Origin: Mycolicibacterium smegmatis
GTDB lineage: Bacteria > Actinomycetota > Actinomycetes > Mycobacteriales > Mycobacteriaceae
Reading direction: 5' to 3'
DNA: 32,000 bases
NCBI RefSeq assembly: GCF_001457595.1
Contig: NZ_LN831039.1
Coordinates: forward strand, 3,120,001 to 3,152,000
The notes under the pieces are model-generated. The model was not told where the DNA came from. It made no database searches and saw only the letters and a program-made list of their open reading frames with translations. The position numbers and the translations under genes were made by a program. This document shows, piece after piece, positions 1 through 8,361 of this stretch (position 1 is its first letter; every line of letters begins with the position of its first letter).

Positions 1-102
1 ATCGTCAAGCACGGGCTGGCCGGTCAGCCGCGGATGCCCGCGCCGGAGACGCCGACGCCGCAGGTCGCACGGCCCGAGCCGGTGCAGGCCGCGCTGTTCT
101 GA
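1..102 (+). CDS. C-terminal fragment of an unidentified protein (gene starts upstream of the window)
   Basis: Frame 1 is open from base 1 (IVKHGLAGQPRMPAPETPTPQVARPEPVQAALF) to TGA at 100-102; Pro-rich tail. Too short to assign a family. Confidence 0.45.
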   Translation: MVKHGLAGQPRMPAPETPTPQVARPEPVQAALF

Positions 103-142
103 CGGACCGGCAGTGGCCAACCTCACCCTCGGCCGCCTGCCA

Positions 143-164
143 ATAGTTATGTTTTTATAACTAT
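143..164. promoter_or_regulatory. AT-rich perfect inverted repeat overlapping a TATAAT-like -10 upstream of the MFS gene
   Basis: ATAGTTAT-gttttt-ATAACTAT (143-150 / 157-164), with TATAAT at 162-167 about 35 bp before the MFS start codon. Confidence 0.6.
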
Positions 165-200
165 AATCTGATCGGTAATGCGCTGATCAGAAGTCGAGGG

Positions 201-1487
201 TTGATGAGGATACGAACTGCCGCGCCGGGGACCACCACGCCGACACTGGCGTTGATCATTCTGCTGGCTCTGCTCAACGCCGTGACTCCCTTCTCGGTCG
301 ACATGTACATGTCGGCCTTCCCGGCAATGGCCGTCGAGTTCGGCACCTCGGCGTCGGTCGTGCAACTCACCCTGACCACGTTCCTCATCGGACTGGCCAC
401 CGGCCAGCTGTTCATCGGCCAGTTGTCCGACCGGCTCGGGCGCCGCGGCCCGTTGCTCGTGGGCATCGTCGCGTGCCTGGTGGCGAGCCTGCTGTGCGCG
501 GTGAGCCCCTCCATCGAGGTTCTGATCATGCTGCGATTCGTGCAGGGCTTCGCGGGAGCCGCAGGCATCGTGATCGCGCGGGCGATCATCTCCGATCGCT
601 CCAAGGGGTCCCAGGCCGCGAAACTGTACTCGGTGATGATGGTGATCGGAGTCCTGGCGCCGATCCTGGCACCGGTCCTGGGCGGTCAGGTGGTCGCCGG
701 TTTCGGTTGGCGCGCGGTGTTTCTCGCGCTCGCCGGGTTGAACCTGGTGATGTTGCTGGGCGCGCTCTTCATGGCGGGCGAATCGCTGCCGCCCGAGGCG
801 CGCCGGCCTGCCGGGTTGAAAGCCTTTGCCGGCAGCGCGGCCTCGGTTCTGACCAACCGCCGCTTCATGGGCTACACACTGACGCTGTCGTGTTCGGGCG
901 CGGCCATGTTCTCCTACATCTCGGCCTCGCCGTTCGTGCTGCAGAACATCATCGGTCTGTCGCCGCGCGCGTTCTCGTTCACCTTCGGCGGATGCGCACT
1001 GGCCGTGGCGGTCTCGGGCGTGATCTCGGCCCGGTTGGTGGGCCGGTTCGGGCCGCGCAAGCTGCTGCTCGGCGGGGTGTCGGCCATGGTGGTCGTCGCG
1101 GCGTTGATGCTGCTGAACGTCACCGTCGGCGGCGTCGTCCCTGCGGTGACCGTGGCGCTGATGGCGTGCTTCATGGGCACCGTCGGGTTCACCTTCGCCA
1201 ACGCCACCACGCTGGCCATCGGCGAGGTGCGCCACGCGGCCGGAACCGGTTCTGCTGTCATCGGATTCCTGCAGTACGGCCTGGGTGCGGTCGCCTCGCC
1301 GCTGGTGGGCCTGGCCGGCGAGCACAGCGCGGTGCCGATGGGCGTGGCGATGTTCACGTGCGCCGCACTGGCGGCGACGGCGCTGCTGGTGCTCACGCGC
1401 GGGCACATCCCGAGCTACGACGACGAACTCGCCGACCTCGACGCAGACCTCACGGCGGTGTCAGCAGGGGAGTCCACGGCTCGGTGA
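201..1487 (+). CDS. Multidrug efflux MFS transporter, Bcr/CflA family
   Basis: 428-aa ORF with many TM segments, FLIGLATGQLFIGQLSDRLGRRGPLL (motif A region) and VDMYMSAFPAMAVEF typical of Bcr/CflA. Start is TTG 201 or ATG 204. Confidence 0.9.
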   Translation: MMRIRTAAPGTTTPTLALIILLALLNAVTPFSVDMYMSAFPAMAVEFGTSASVVQLTLTTFLIGLATGQLFIGQLSDRLGRRGPLLVGIVACLVASLLCAVSPSIEVLIMLRFVQGFAGAAGIVIARAIISDRSKGSQAAKLYSVMMVIGVLAPILAPVLGGQVVAGFGWRAVFLALAGLNLVMLLGALFMAGESLPPEARRPAGLKAFAGSAASVLTNRRFMGYTLTLSCSGAAMFSYISASPFVLQNIIGLSPRAFSFTFGGCALAVAVSGVISARLVGRFGPRKLLLGGVSAMVVVAALMLLNVTVGGVVPAVTVALMACFMGTVGFTFANATTLAIGEVRHAAGTGSAVIGFLQYGLGAVASPLVGLAGEHSAVPMGVAMFTCAALAATALLVLTRGHIPSYDDELADLDADLTAVSAGESTAR

Positions 1488-1498
1488 GCGTGCGCGGA

Positions 1499-1518
1499 AT
1501 TTCTCTTGCGGGAGAAAT
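1499..1518. terminator. Short hairpin between convergent genes
   Basis: ATTTCTC-ttgcgg-GAGAAAT (1499-1505 / 1512-1518), in the 30-bp gap between the MFS stop and the acyl-CoA dehydrogenase stop. Confidence 0.35.
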
Positions 1519-2780
1519 CAACCCTTGTTGCGCTTGACTTCCCGGAACGGCACGCCGCGGTCGGCGGCGTGCTCGCGCGGGAAGCCGAGTACACGCTCGC
1601 CGATGACGTTGCGTGCCATCTCCGAACTGCCGCCGCCCAGCGAGCCGGTCTGCCGCGACAGGTACCGCACGCCGATGTCGAGCATGCCGTCGAAGTCCCC
1701 GCCCTCGTCGACCACACCGGCGGTGCCCGCGATGGCCAGCGCGGTGTCCACCTCCAACTCGGTGGTCTCGGCGTGGAACAACCGGATCAGTGTGCCCGCC
1801 GTCGGCGGCAGGGCGCCCGCCGCGATCGCCTGCGTGACATGGTCGATCAACTGCGTCTTGACCGCCCGCCGCACCAGGGCGCGGCCGGCGAGGTCCTGGA
1901 CGAACGGATCGTCGGCGCGGCCGAGTGCCTCGGCGAGGCCGACGTGGTCGGGCGGCATCTCGTTGGCGTTCTCCGCTCCGGTGCCGCTGGCGAACTCGGA
2001 TCCGCCGCCCACCGCACGGCGTTCGTGGAACAGCTGCCGCGAGGCCACGGTCCAACCGTCGTCGACCTTGCCGACGACGGCGTCGTCACCGAGTTCGAGG
2101 TTGTCGAAGAATTCCTCGCAGAACTCCTCGTTGCCGTTGACCTCCTTGATGCGGCGCATGGTGATCCCGGGCGCCTTCAGCGGCACCAGAAACATCGTGA
2201 GGCCCTCGTGTTTGGGCACGTCCCAGTTGGTGCGGGCCAGCATCAGGCCGTAGTCACCCGCGAAGGCGCTGGTGCTCCAGGTCTTGGCGCCGTTGATGAC
2301 CCACTTGTCGCCGACCCGGTCGGCGCGGGTGATCACACCCGCGAGATCCGATCCGCCGCTGGGCTCGCTGAGCAACTGCACGAGGATCTCCTCGCCGCGG
2401 ATGGCCGCGCCGATCCGGTCGCGCTTCTGCTGTTCGCTGCCCATGTCCAGGATGGTCGCGGCGCAGATCGTGAACGACGGCGTGTTGAGGATCAGCGGCA
2501 TCTCGTAGCAGCGGGCCTCGGCGTTGAACGCCCGCTGATAGGCGTGGTCCAGTCCCAGGCCGCCGTATTCACGCGGAAAGCAGATCCCGGCGAAACCGCC
2601 CTGGTACAACCGCTTCTGGAGCTCCTTGGCCCGGTCCCAGGACTCCTGGTCAGCCCGGACCGAGAACGGTGGATTGTCGGGATCGATGCGCGGCATGTTC
2701 CCGGCCAGCCACGCGCGGGCGCGGGCGGCGAAGTCCTCCACCGATTCCTGGGTTCCGGTCGACACGGCGGTCTCGGTCAT
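1518..2780 (-). CDS. Acyl-CoA dehydrogenase (FadE-like)
   Basis: The ORF track gives 562 aa, but the RBS GAGGAGG and ATG at 2780 (MTETAVSTGTQESVEDFAARARAWLAGNMP...) mark the likely start, giving 420 aa. Contains VQLLSEPSGGSDLAG and KWVINGAKTWSTSA. Confidence 0.92.
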   Translation of the reverse strand: MTETAVSTGTQESVEDFAARARAWLAGNMPRIDPDNPPFSVRADQESWDRAKELQKRLYQGGFAGICFPREYGGLGLDHAYQRAFNAEARCYEMPLILNTPSFTICAATILDMGSEQQKRDRIGAAIRGEEILVQLLSEPSGGSDLAGVITRADRVGDKWVINGAKTWSTSAFAGDYGLMLARTNWDVPKHEGLTMFLVPLKAPGITMRRIKEVNGNEEFCEEFFDNLELGDDAVVGKVDDGWTVASRQLFHERRAVGGGSEFASGTGAENANEMPPDHVGLAEALGRADDPFVQDLAGRALVRRAVKTQLIDHVTQAIAAGALPPTAGTLIRLFHAETTELEVDTALAIAGTAGVVDEGGDFDGMLDIGVRYLSRQTGSLGGGSSEMARNVIGERVLGFPREHAADRGVPFREVKRNKG

Positions 2781-3916
2781 GCGCGAGCCTCCTCGGGCTG
2801 GGATCTGCGGCTCAGTTCGAACACTGCACGGTGGTGGTCCTCGGGAGCGCCGAACATGGCGCGGTTGAGCGATGCCCGGCGCAGGTACAGGTGCAGGTCG
2901 TGCTCCCACGTCACGCCGATACCGCCGTGCAACTGCACGCAGTCCTGCAACATCACCGGAGCGCGCTCGCCCACATAGGCTTTCGCGACGCTGACCAGGA
3001 ACGCGGCTCTCTTCGACCGGGCACCGACGGCGGCCACGGCACCGGTGGTGGTGGCGCGGGCGGCCTCGAACCACATCTTCATGTCGGCGAAGCGGTGCTT
3101 GAGCGCCTGATACGACGCCAGGGGGCGGCCGAAGCTGTTGCGGTCCAGCAGCCACTGGTTGGTCATCGCCAGCACAGCGTCGAGAATCCCGACGGTCTCG
3201 GCGCACTGCAGCACCAGCGCGATCTGCCGCTGCCGCTCGATGATGGCCGGGGTCTGTTCGGCCGCGCCGACGACCGCGGACTCCTCGACCGCGACACCGT
3301 CGAATTCGACACGGGCATAACGCTTCACCAGGTCCAGTGACTTCTGGGCGGTGACCGTGACGCCGGTGGCGTCGGTCGCGACCAGGAACTGACGGGGCTG
3401 CCCGTCGAGCAGGGCGACCACTAACAGCAGGCCGGCCTGGTCCCCGGCCTCGACGCGGTCCTTCACGCCGTCGATGCGGTACCCGGTCGCGGTGCGCGTC
3501 GCGGTGACCGTCGGAGCCGTGGGGGCGAAGGGACGCTTGGGCTCATAGGTGGCCCATGACGCGATCGTTTCGCCGGCGATCAGGGTCTCGATGGTCTCCT
3601 CGTGCCCCTGCGGTGCCTCCACCAACCCGGCCAGCACCGCGCTCACCGGATGCAGGGGCCCCGGCGCCACGGTGCGCCCGGCCTGCTCGGCGATCAGTGC
3701 CAGATCGGCGACACCGTCGCCGGACACGCTCCCGCCGCCCAGGTCCTCCGGTACCAGCAGGCCGGCCCACCCCAACTCGGCCGCGCGGCCCCACCACTGC
3801 GCGTCGAACGACGTGTCCTCGTCGTGCAATTGGCGAACGCGGCTCAGCGGCGCCTCTTTCTCCAGGAAGGCCTGCGCGGTGGAGGTGAACAGCATCTGTT
3901 CCGGGTTGGCAGTCAT
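2777..3916 (-). CDS. Acyl-CoA dehydrogenase (second paralogue, coupled to the downstream one)
   Basis: 379 aa, C-terminal QLHGGIGVTWEHDLHLYLRRA, AEQAGRTVAPGPLHP. Stop and next start share a 4-bp overlap (2777-2780). Confidence 0.9.
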   Translation of the reverse strand: MTANPEQMLFTSTAQAFLEKEAPLSRVRQLHDEDTSFDAQWWGRAAELGWAGLLVPEDLGGGSVSGDGVADLALIAEQAGRTVAPGPLHPVSAVLAGLVEAPQGHEETIETLIAGETIASWATYEPKRPFAPTAPTVTATRTATGYRIDGVKDRVEAGDQAGLLLVVALLDGQPRQFLVATDATGVTVTAQKSLDLVKRYARVEFDGVAVEESAVVGAAEQTPAIIERQRQIALVLQCAETVGILDAVLAMTNQWLLDRNSFGRPLASYQALKHRFADMKMWFEAARATTTGAVAAVGARSKRAAFLVSVAKAYVGERAPVMLQDCVQLHGGIGVTWEHDLHLYLRRASLNRAMFGAPEDHHRAVFELSRRSQPEEARA

Positions 3917-3979
3917 GGAATGGGCTCAGCCTCTTGGTCGATGGGTCAGGCTGCGCGCGGGAGCGACGCAGCGTTGCGG

Positions 3980-5209
3980 TCAGGCGATGACGAGCGCGGG
4001 GACGTCGGGTTTGTACACCACCTTGTTCTCGACCTGGAAGAGGTCGACCAGGTTCCTGCCCATCACCTTTCGCACGCCCTCGTCGTCGAGGCCGTGAGCC
4101 TGGAGATCGGAGACCAGGTTGATCGGGTCGGCCAGACCCTCCGGGTGCGGCCAGTCCGAACCGAAGATCACCCGGTCGATGCCGATCAGATCGGCCATCT
4201 GCTTGAAGTTGTCCTCCCAGAACGGCGCGACGTACACGCAGCGCTTGAACGCCTGGATCGGTTCCTCGGGGAAGTCCTGCGGCATCTTGGCGTAGACGTC
4301 CTCGAACTGGTGGAACAGGTGCGGCACCCACGACGCCCCGTTCTCGATCGACAGGATGCGCAGGTCCGGGTTGCGGGTGAAGGTACCGTGACACACGAGC
4401 GCGGTCATGGTGTCCTCGATGGGACGCTTGCCCATCGCGACCATCCGGAACGCCGTCGGCTTGAACGGCAGGAACTCGTCGGCGGGTTCCCAGTCGTTGA
4501 GGTACTGCGCGTAACCGCTGTCCGAGGCGTGCATGGCCACGGGGATACCGGCTTTGACGCAGGCCTGCCAGAACGGGTCGAACTCCTCGGTGCCGAACGA
4601 GCGCGTGCCGCGGAAACCAGGTACCGGCGCCGGGCGCACCAGTACGGTCTTGGCGCCGCGTTCCAGGCACCATTCGAGTTCTTCGAGCGCGCGGTCGACG
4701 ATCGGCAGTGTGATGACCGGTGTGGAGAAGATCCGGCCCTCGTAGTCGAACTGCCATGTCTCGTACATCCATTCGTTGAGCGCATGGATGATGTCGTGGA
4801 TCAGCTCCGGGTCGTCTTTGAGCCGTTCCTCGACCAGTGAGGCCAGGGTGGGGAACATCAGCGTGTAGTCGAGGCCCAGACCGTCCATGACCTCGAGGCG
4901 CGCTTCGGGATTGCGGAACGCGGGGATGGACTTCATGGGCTTGCCCAGCACCTCGCGGTAACTCTTGCCGCCGCTGCCGTGCCGGAAGTACTCCTCCTGC
5001 GCGCCGGGGCGGGCGACCACCTCGAACGTGGGGTTCGGGATGTAGTCGCTGATGTGGTTGCGCACCACGATCTTGGTGCGGCCACGGACGTCGACGTAGT
5101 CGATGACGCCCTTGCGATGGTCGGGCAGGAACTTGGTGAGCGCTTCCTTCGGCTCGTAGAAGTGGTTGTCGGCGTCGAACACCGGGAAGTCGAGAATGCG
5201 TGAGGGCAT
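3980..5209 (-). CDS. Amidohydrolase family (amidohydrolase 2) metal-dependent hydrolase
   Basis: 409 aa. MPSRILDFPVFDADNHFYEP, the catabolic ALVCHGTFTRNPDLRILSIENGASWV and RVIFGSDWPHPEGLADP are typical of amidohydrolase 2. RBS AGGAGG upstream of ATG 5209. Confidence 0.88.
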   Translation of the reverse strand: MPSRILDFPVFDADNHFYEPKEALTKFLPDHRKGVIDYVDVRGRTKIVVRNHISDYIPNPTFEVVARPGAQEEYFRHGSGGKSYREVLGKPMKSIPAFRNPEARLEVMDGLGLDYTLMFPTLASLVEERLKDDPELIHDIIHALNEWMYETWQFDYEGRIFSTPVITLPIVDRALEELEWCLERGAKTVLVRPAPVPGFRGTRSFGTEEFDPFWQACVKAGIPVAMHASDSGYAQYLNDWEPADEFLPFKPTAFRMVAMGKRPIEDTMTALVCHGTFTRNPDLRILSIENGASWVPHLFHQFEDVYAKMPQDFPEEPIQAFKRCVYVAPFWEDNFKQMADLIGIDRVIFGSDWPHPEGLADPINLVSDLQAHGLDDEGVRKVMGRNLVDLFQVENKVVYKPDVPALVIA

Positions 5210-5244
5210 GTTCGCCTCCTGGGAGAGTCGCGTTCGTCGAAATC

Positions 5245-5259
5245 GGTAATGACGTTACC
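5245..5259. promoter_or_regulatory. Putative TetR operator upstream of the amidohydrolase gene
   Basis: GGTAATGACGTTACC: 5-bp inverted arms (GGTAA/TTACC). Its 12-bp core AATGACGTTACC (5248-5259) recurs exactly at 5992-6003. Confidence 0.55.
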
Positions 5260-5321
5260 ACGAGGTGACCTGCGTGGACGATACGTCGGAACCGATCTGT
5301 GGCCGTCGTGGAAACGCCAGG

Positions 5322-5957
5322 TCAGACGCCGTGTGTCGGATTCGCCAGGCTGCGGAGGCAGAACTCGTAGATGTGCGGGCCCTCGATGGGTGTGCCGTTG
5401 AGTTCGACCCCGAGTGAGCGCAACCGCATGGCGCCCAGTACCGACTGCAGGATCAGGGCAGATGTGGTGTCCACCTCGACACCGGAGTGGAAGTCGCCGG
5501 CATCGATGCCGCGTCGCACGATGCCGCGGATCAGGTCGTGCAGCGGGGCCAGAACCCGCGCGTATTCACGGGGCAGGGACTCGGCGAGGTGGTCGTTGTA
5601 GTACGTCAGACCCCGATTGATGCTGTCCTGGGTGCTGGAAGAGGCGGGCGCGGTGATCTTCTCGACGAGCACCCGCAGCGCTTCGGGGCCCGGCAGGGCC
5701 TCGGTGTCGGCGCGCCACCGTTGAGCGGACTCCGCCATGATCCGGTCGATCAACGCCAGCAGGAGTTCGTCCTTGGTGGAGAAGTGCTGGTAGAACGACC
5801 GCAGTGAGGTCTTGGACCGCTCCACGACCTCCAGGACCGTGAAATCGGTGCGGCCGGTCTCGCCGAGGATCGCCAGGGCCGATCTCATGAACCGGGCCGT
5901 GCGGTCCTCGGGATCCGCGCGCGCACCGTCGGGCGATCGTTGCGTAGGTCTGGCCAT
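5322..5957 (-). CDS. TetR/AcrR family transcriptional regulator
   Basis: N-terminal HTH: ALAILGETGRTDFTVLEVVERSKTSLRSFYQHFSTKDELLLALIDR. ORF track start 6047; ATG at 5957 (MARPTQRSPDG...) has a good RBS (GGAGGTG), giving 211 aa. Confidence 0.88.
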   Translation of the reverse strand: MARPTQRSPDGARADPEDRTARFMRSALAILGETGRTDFTVLEVVERSKTSLRSFYQHFSTKDELLLALIDRIMAESAQRWRADTEALPGPEALRVLVEKITAPASSSTQDSINRGLTYYNDHLAESLPREYARVLAPLHDLIRGIVRRGIDAGDFHSGVEVDTTSALILQSVLGAMRLRSLGVELNGTPIEGPHIYEFCLRSLANPTHGV

Positions 5958-5991
5958 TGCGGCACCACCTCCGTCATGCTGCACTGTGGAG

Positions 5992-6003
5992 AATGACGTT
6001 ACC
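5992..6003. promoter_or_regulatory. Putative TetR operator in the divergent TetR/LLM intergenic region
   Basis: AATGACGTTACC, identical to 5248-5259. Confidence 0.5.
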
Positions 6004-6049
6004 GTTTTCGTAGAAGCAATGGGCGGCTTGTGATTACTGTGGTGCACCG

Positions 6050-6904
6050 ATGACAGAGTGGTTCCTGTTCCTGCCGCAGGTGCGGTTGGAGATCGGCGAC
6101 ATCGTCGAGCGGGCGCGGATCGCCGAAGCCGCCGGTTTCGACGGCATCGCGTTCATCGACCACCTCGAGGCCCCCGGCGCGACGCACCAGGGCATCTGGG
6201 AGGCGATGACCACCGCGACGTGGGTCGCCGCGCACACCGAGCGGTTGCGCATCGGGCACCTGGTGCTCTGCGACGCCTTCCGGCATCCCGCCGTGCTCGC
6301 CAAGCAGGCCGTCACGTTGTCCACGGCCAGTGACGGCCGGTTCGAACTCGGCCTCGGTTCGGGGTCCTGGCCGCAGGAGTTCTTCCGCTTCGGTGTCGAC
6401 GGCGGTGACGACGCCGCGGCGCGCGTCGACCGTCTCGAACGCGATCTGGCGCTGCTGCGGGAGCACTGGGGCGAAGGCGAACGCGGACAGGTGCCCGCGC
6501 CGGCGCACAAGATTCCGCTCGTCATCGGTGGAACCGGCCGACGCACAATGGGTTTGGTGCGTCGGTACGCCGACTGGTGGAACATCCCGTCGCACCAACT
6601 CGACCGGTTGCCCGACCTGCTGCCGACCGTGGGCGCCGCGCGGGCCTCGATGCAGCAGATGGTCGGGTTTGTCGGACGCGGCATCGACCGCGCTGCGGTC
6701 ACCGAACGAAGTTCGCGGTTGTTCGGCCATCTCGGATCAGGTCTGGTGTGCGGCGACGCGGCCGAACTCACCGGGCACTTCGCCGGACTCGCCGCGCAGG
6801 GCATCGAGCGCTTCTACGTGTGGTTCGCCGATTTCGCGGCGCCACAGACCATTTCCGAGTTCGCCGAGACCGTGATGCACACGGGACAGAAAGGGACGAC
6901 ATGA
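6050..6904 (+). CDS. LLM class (luciferase-like) flavin/F420-dependent oxidoreductase
   Basis: 284 aa. MTEWFLFLPQVRLEIGDIVERARIAEAAGFDGIAFIDHLEAPG..., ASDGRFELGLGSGSWPQEF are luciferase-like monooxygenase signatures. Confidence 0.88.
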   Translation: MTEWFLFLPQVRLEIGDIVERARIAEAAGFDGIAFIDHLEAPGATHQGIWEAMTTATWVAAHTERLRIGHLVLCDAFRHPAVLAKQAVTLSTASDGRFELGLGSGSWPQEFFRFGVDGGDDAAARVDRLERDLALLREHWGEGERGQVPAPAHKIPLVIGGTGRRTMGLVRRYADWWNIPSHQLDRLPDLLPTVGAARASMQQMVGFVGRGIDRAAVTERSSRLFGHLGSGLVCGDAAELTGHFAGLAAQGIERFYVWFADFAAPQTISEFAETVMHTGQKGTT

Positions 6905-7800
6905 CCACCGAGTCAACCGAAACCGCGCCGGGCGCATCCGTGCAGTGGACGCTGCAGATGCTGCTCGACCTGTTCGAGGTCGAACCGGCCGGGGAGAACC
7001 GCTTCACGGCGCCGACCGGCCTCGCGGGTGCCGACGACCGCCAGGTGGTCGAGGGCACCCAGGTGCTCGCACAGGCGATCGTCGCTGCCGCCAAACGCTT
7101 TCCGGACAAGTCCGTGCGCTCGGTGCAGGCCGTGTTCGCGCGCGCGGTGCTGGTGGGCCCGCCCGTCGAACTCGACCTCGACGTGGTCAGTGAGGGCCGC
7201 TCGACCGCGACGGCCGTCGTCACCGCGTCGCAGAACGGCAAGCGGTGCATGACGTTCACGGTGTTCACCGACGTGCCGTCGGCCGACGTGATCCGCCACC
7301 ACCTGCCGCGCCCCGACGTCGCCGGACCCGCCGACGCCAACGTCGCGCACATGCCGATGACGGGCCGTGAACTGCGCCTGGTCGACGTGGTCGACGTGAA
7401 CAGCCCCGACGAGGTCGGCCCGCCCGAACTGTACGCATGGCTGCATTACGATCCGGTCCCGACGCGCGACGACCTGGCCAAGGCGCTGATCGCGTATTTC
7501 ACAGGCCACCTGGGCATCTCGACCACGATGCGGGCACACGAGGGTATCGGCACCGCACAGGCGCACCTGACGGTGTCGACCGCGCCGATGACGGTCAACG
7601 TGAGCTTCCACGAGCCGGCGGCGTGGGACGGCTGGCTGCTCTATTCGCACGAGAGCACACAGGTGGGCGCGGGTATGTCCTACGTTCGCGGCACGGTGCA
7701 CACCGAGGGCGGCGAACTCATCGCGTCGTTCAGCCAGGACGCGATGATCCGGCCGCTGCGCACGGTCGACACGAACATCTCGGCCAAAGCACGCCTGTAG
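6901..7800 (+). CDS. Acyl-CoA thioesterase II-like (TesB, double hotdog)
   Basis: The track ORF begins at 6577, but ATG 6901 overlaps the previous stop by 4 bp. 299 aa, MTTESTETAPGASVQWTLQMLLDLFEVEPAGENRF; C-terminal WDGWLLYSHESTQVGAGMSYVRGTVHTEGGELIASFSQDAMIRP. Confidence 0.82.
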   Translation: MTTESTETAPGASVQWTLQMLLDLFEVEPAGENRFTAPTGLAGADDRQVVEGTQVLAQAIVAAAKRFPDKSVRSVQAVFARAVLVGPPVELDLDVVSEGRSTATAVVTASQNGKRCMTFTVFTDVPSADVIRHHLPRPDVAGPADANVAHMPMTGRELRLVDVVDVNSPDEVGPPELYAWLHYDPVPTRDDLAKALIAYFTGHLGISTTMRAHEGIGTAQAHLTVSTAPMTVNVSFHEPAAWDGWLLYSHESTQVGAGMSYVRGTVHTEGGELIASFSQDAMIRPLRTVDTNISAKARL

Positions 7801-8337
7801 CTACATCTCTGCGACGTCGTGCCCGTGGTGGACGATGTCGTGCAGGTGGTAGAGCGCGATGGTCGCGATGGTGAATTCGCTGCCGTTGCTGCGCAGTCCG
7901 CGCCGTGACCACGCGTCCTCGGGCACGCCGTCATAGGTGTCGGCGACCACCGTGGCGGCGTCGTACACCTCGGTGGCGACCACCGCCGGATCCTGCGACG
8001 CGTAGCCGTCGGCGATGGCGGTGGCATCCTGGTCCCAGTTGGGGAACCGGGGATCGGTCTCGGTGAGCATCAACCGCACCCGGGAATCGAAGATGCGGTG
8101 CACATCGCGGACGTGGCAGCCGTATTCGAGCACCGACCACATGTCGGGCCTCGTGCGCTGGGCGGCGCCCGAGCGGGTGAGGCGCTGCACCCACGCGGTG
8201 GCGTCGTCACGGATGCGCCCGGCCACCTCGGTGTGGTGCACGCTCGACGGATCGAACCCGCATTCCGGGCACGGCCGCTGCAGCACCCAGGTCCAGTCCT
8301 TGGTGTCGGGTTCGATGGGGTCGACGTCGGAGGTCAT
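7801..8337 (-). CDS. DinB-like family protein
   Basis: 178 aa. WSVLEYGCHVRDVHRIFDSRV and HLHDIVHHGHDV supply the DinB-like histidines. Stop codons of 7800(+) and 7801(-) abut. Confidence 0.7.
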   Translation of the reverse strand: MTSDVDPIEPDTKDWTWVLQRPCPECGFDPSSVHHTEVAGRIRDDATAWVQRLTRSGAAQRTRPDMWSVLEYGCHVRDVHRIFDSRVRLMLTETDPRFPNWDQDATAIADGYASQDPAVVATEVYDAATVVADTYDGVPEDAWSRRGLRSNGSEFTIATIALYHLHDIVHHGHDVAEM

Positions 8338-8361
8338 CTGCCCAGTGTCCCCGGCGTCCGG

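Noticed and set aside
147-1406. 419-aa minus-strand ORF opposite the MFS gene
   Set aside because: Arg/His/Gln-rich low-complexity translation typical of antisense shadow frames in GC-rich DNA; the plus-strand frame has clear MFS homology features.
171-5250. Shared 10-mer ATCGGTAATG at 171-180 and ending at 5250
   Set aside because: The first copy lacks the downstream GACGTTACC half, so it is not the TetR-like palindrome. A 10-bp match over many intergenic bases is likely chance.
3543-5261. 572-aa minus-strand ORF overlapping the amidohydrolase and its promoter
   Set aside because: Arg/Pro-rich alternative frame on the same strand as supported genes; no domain signature.
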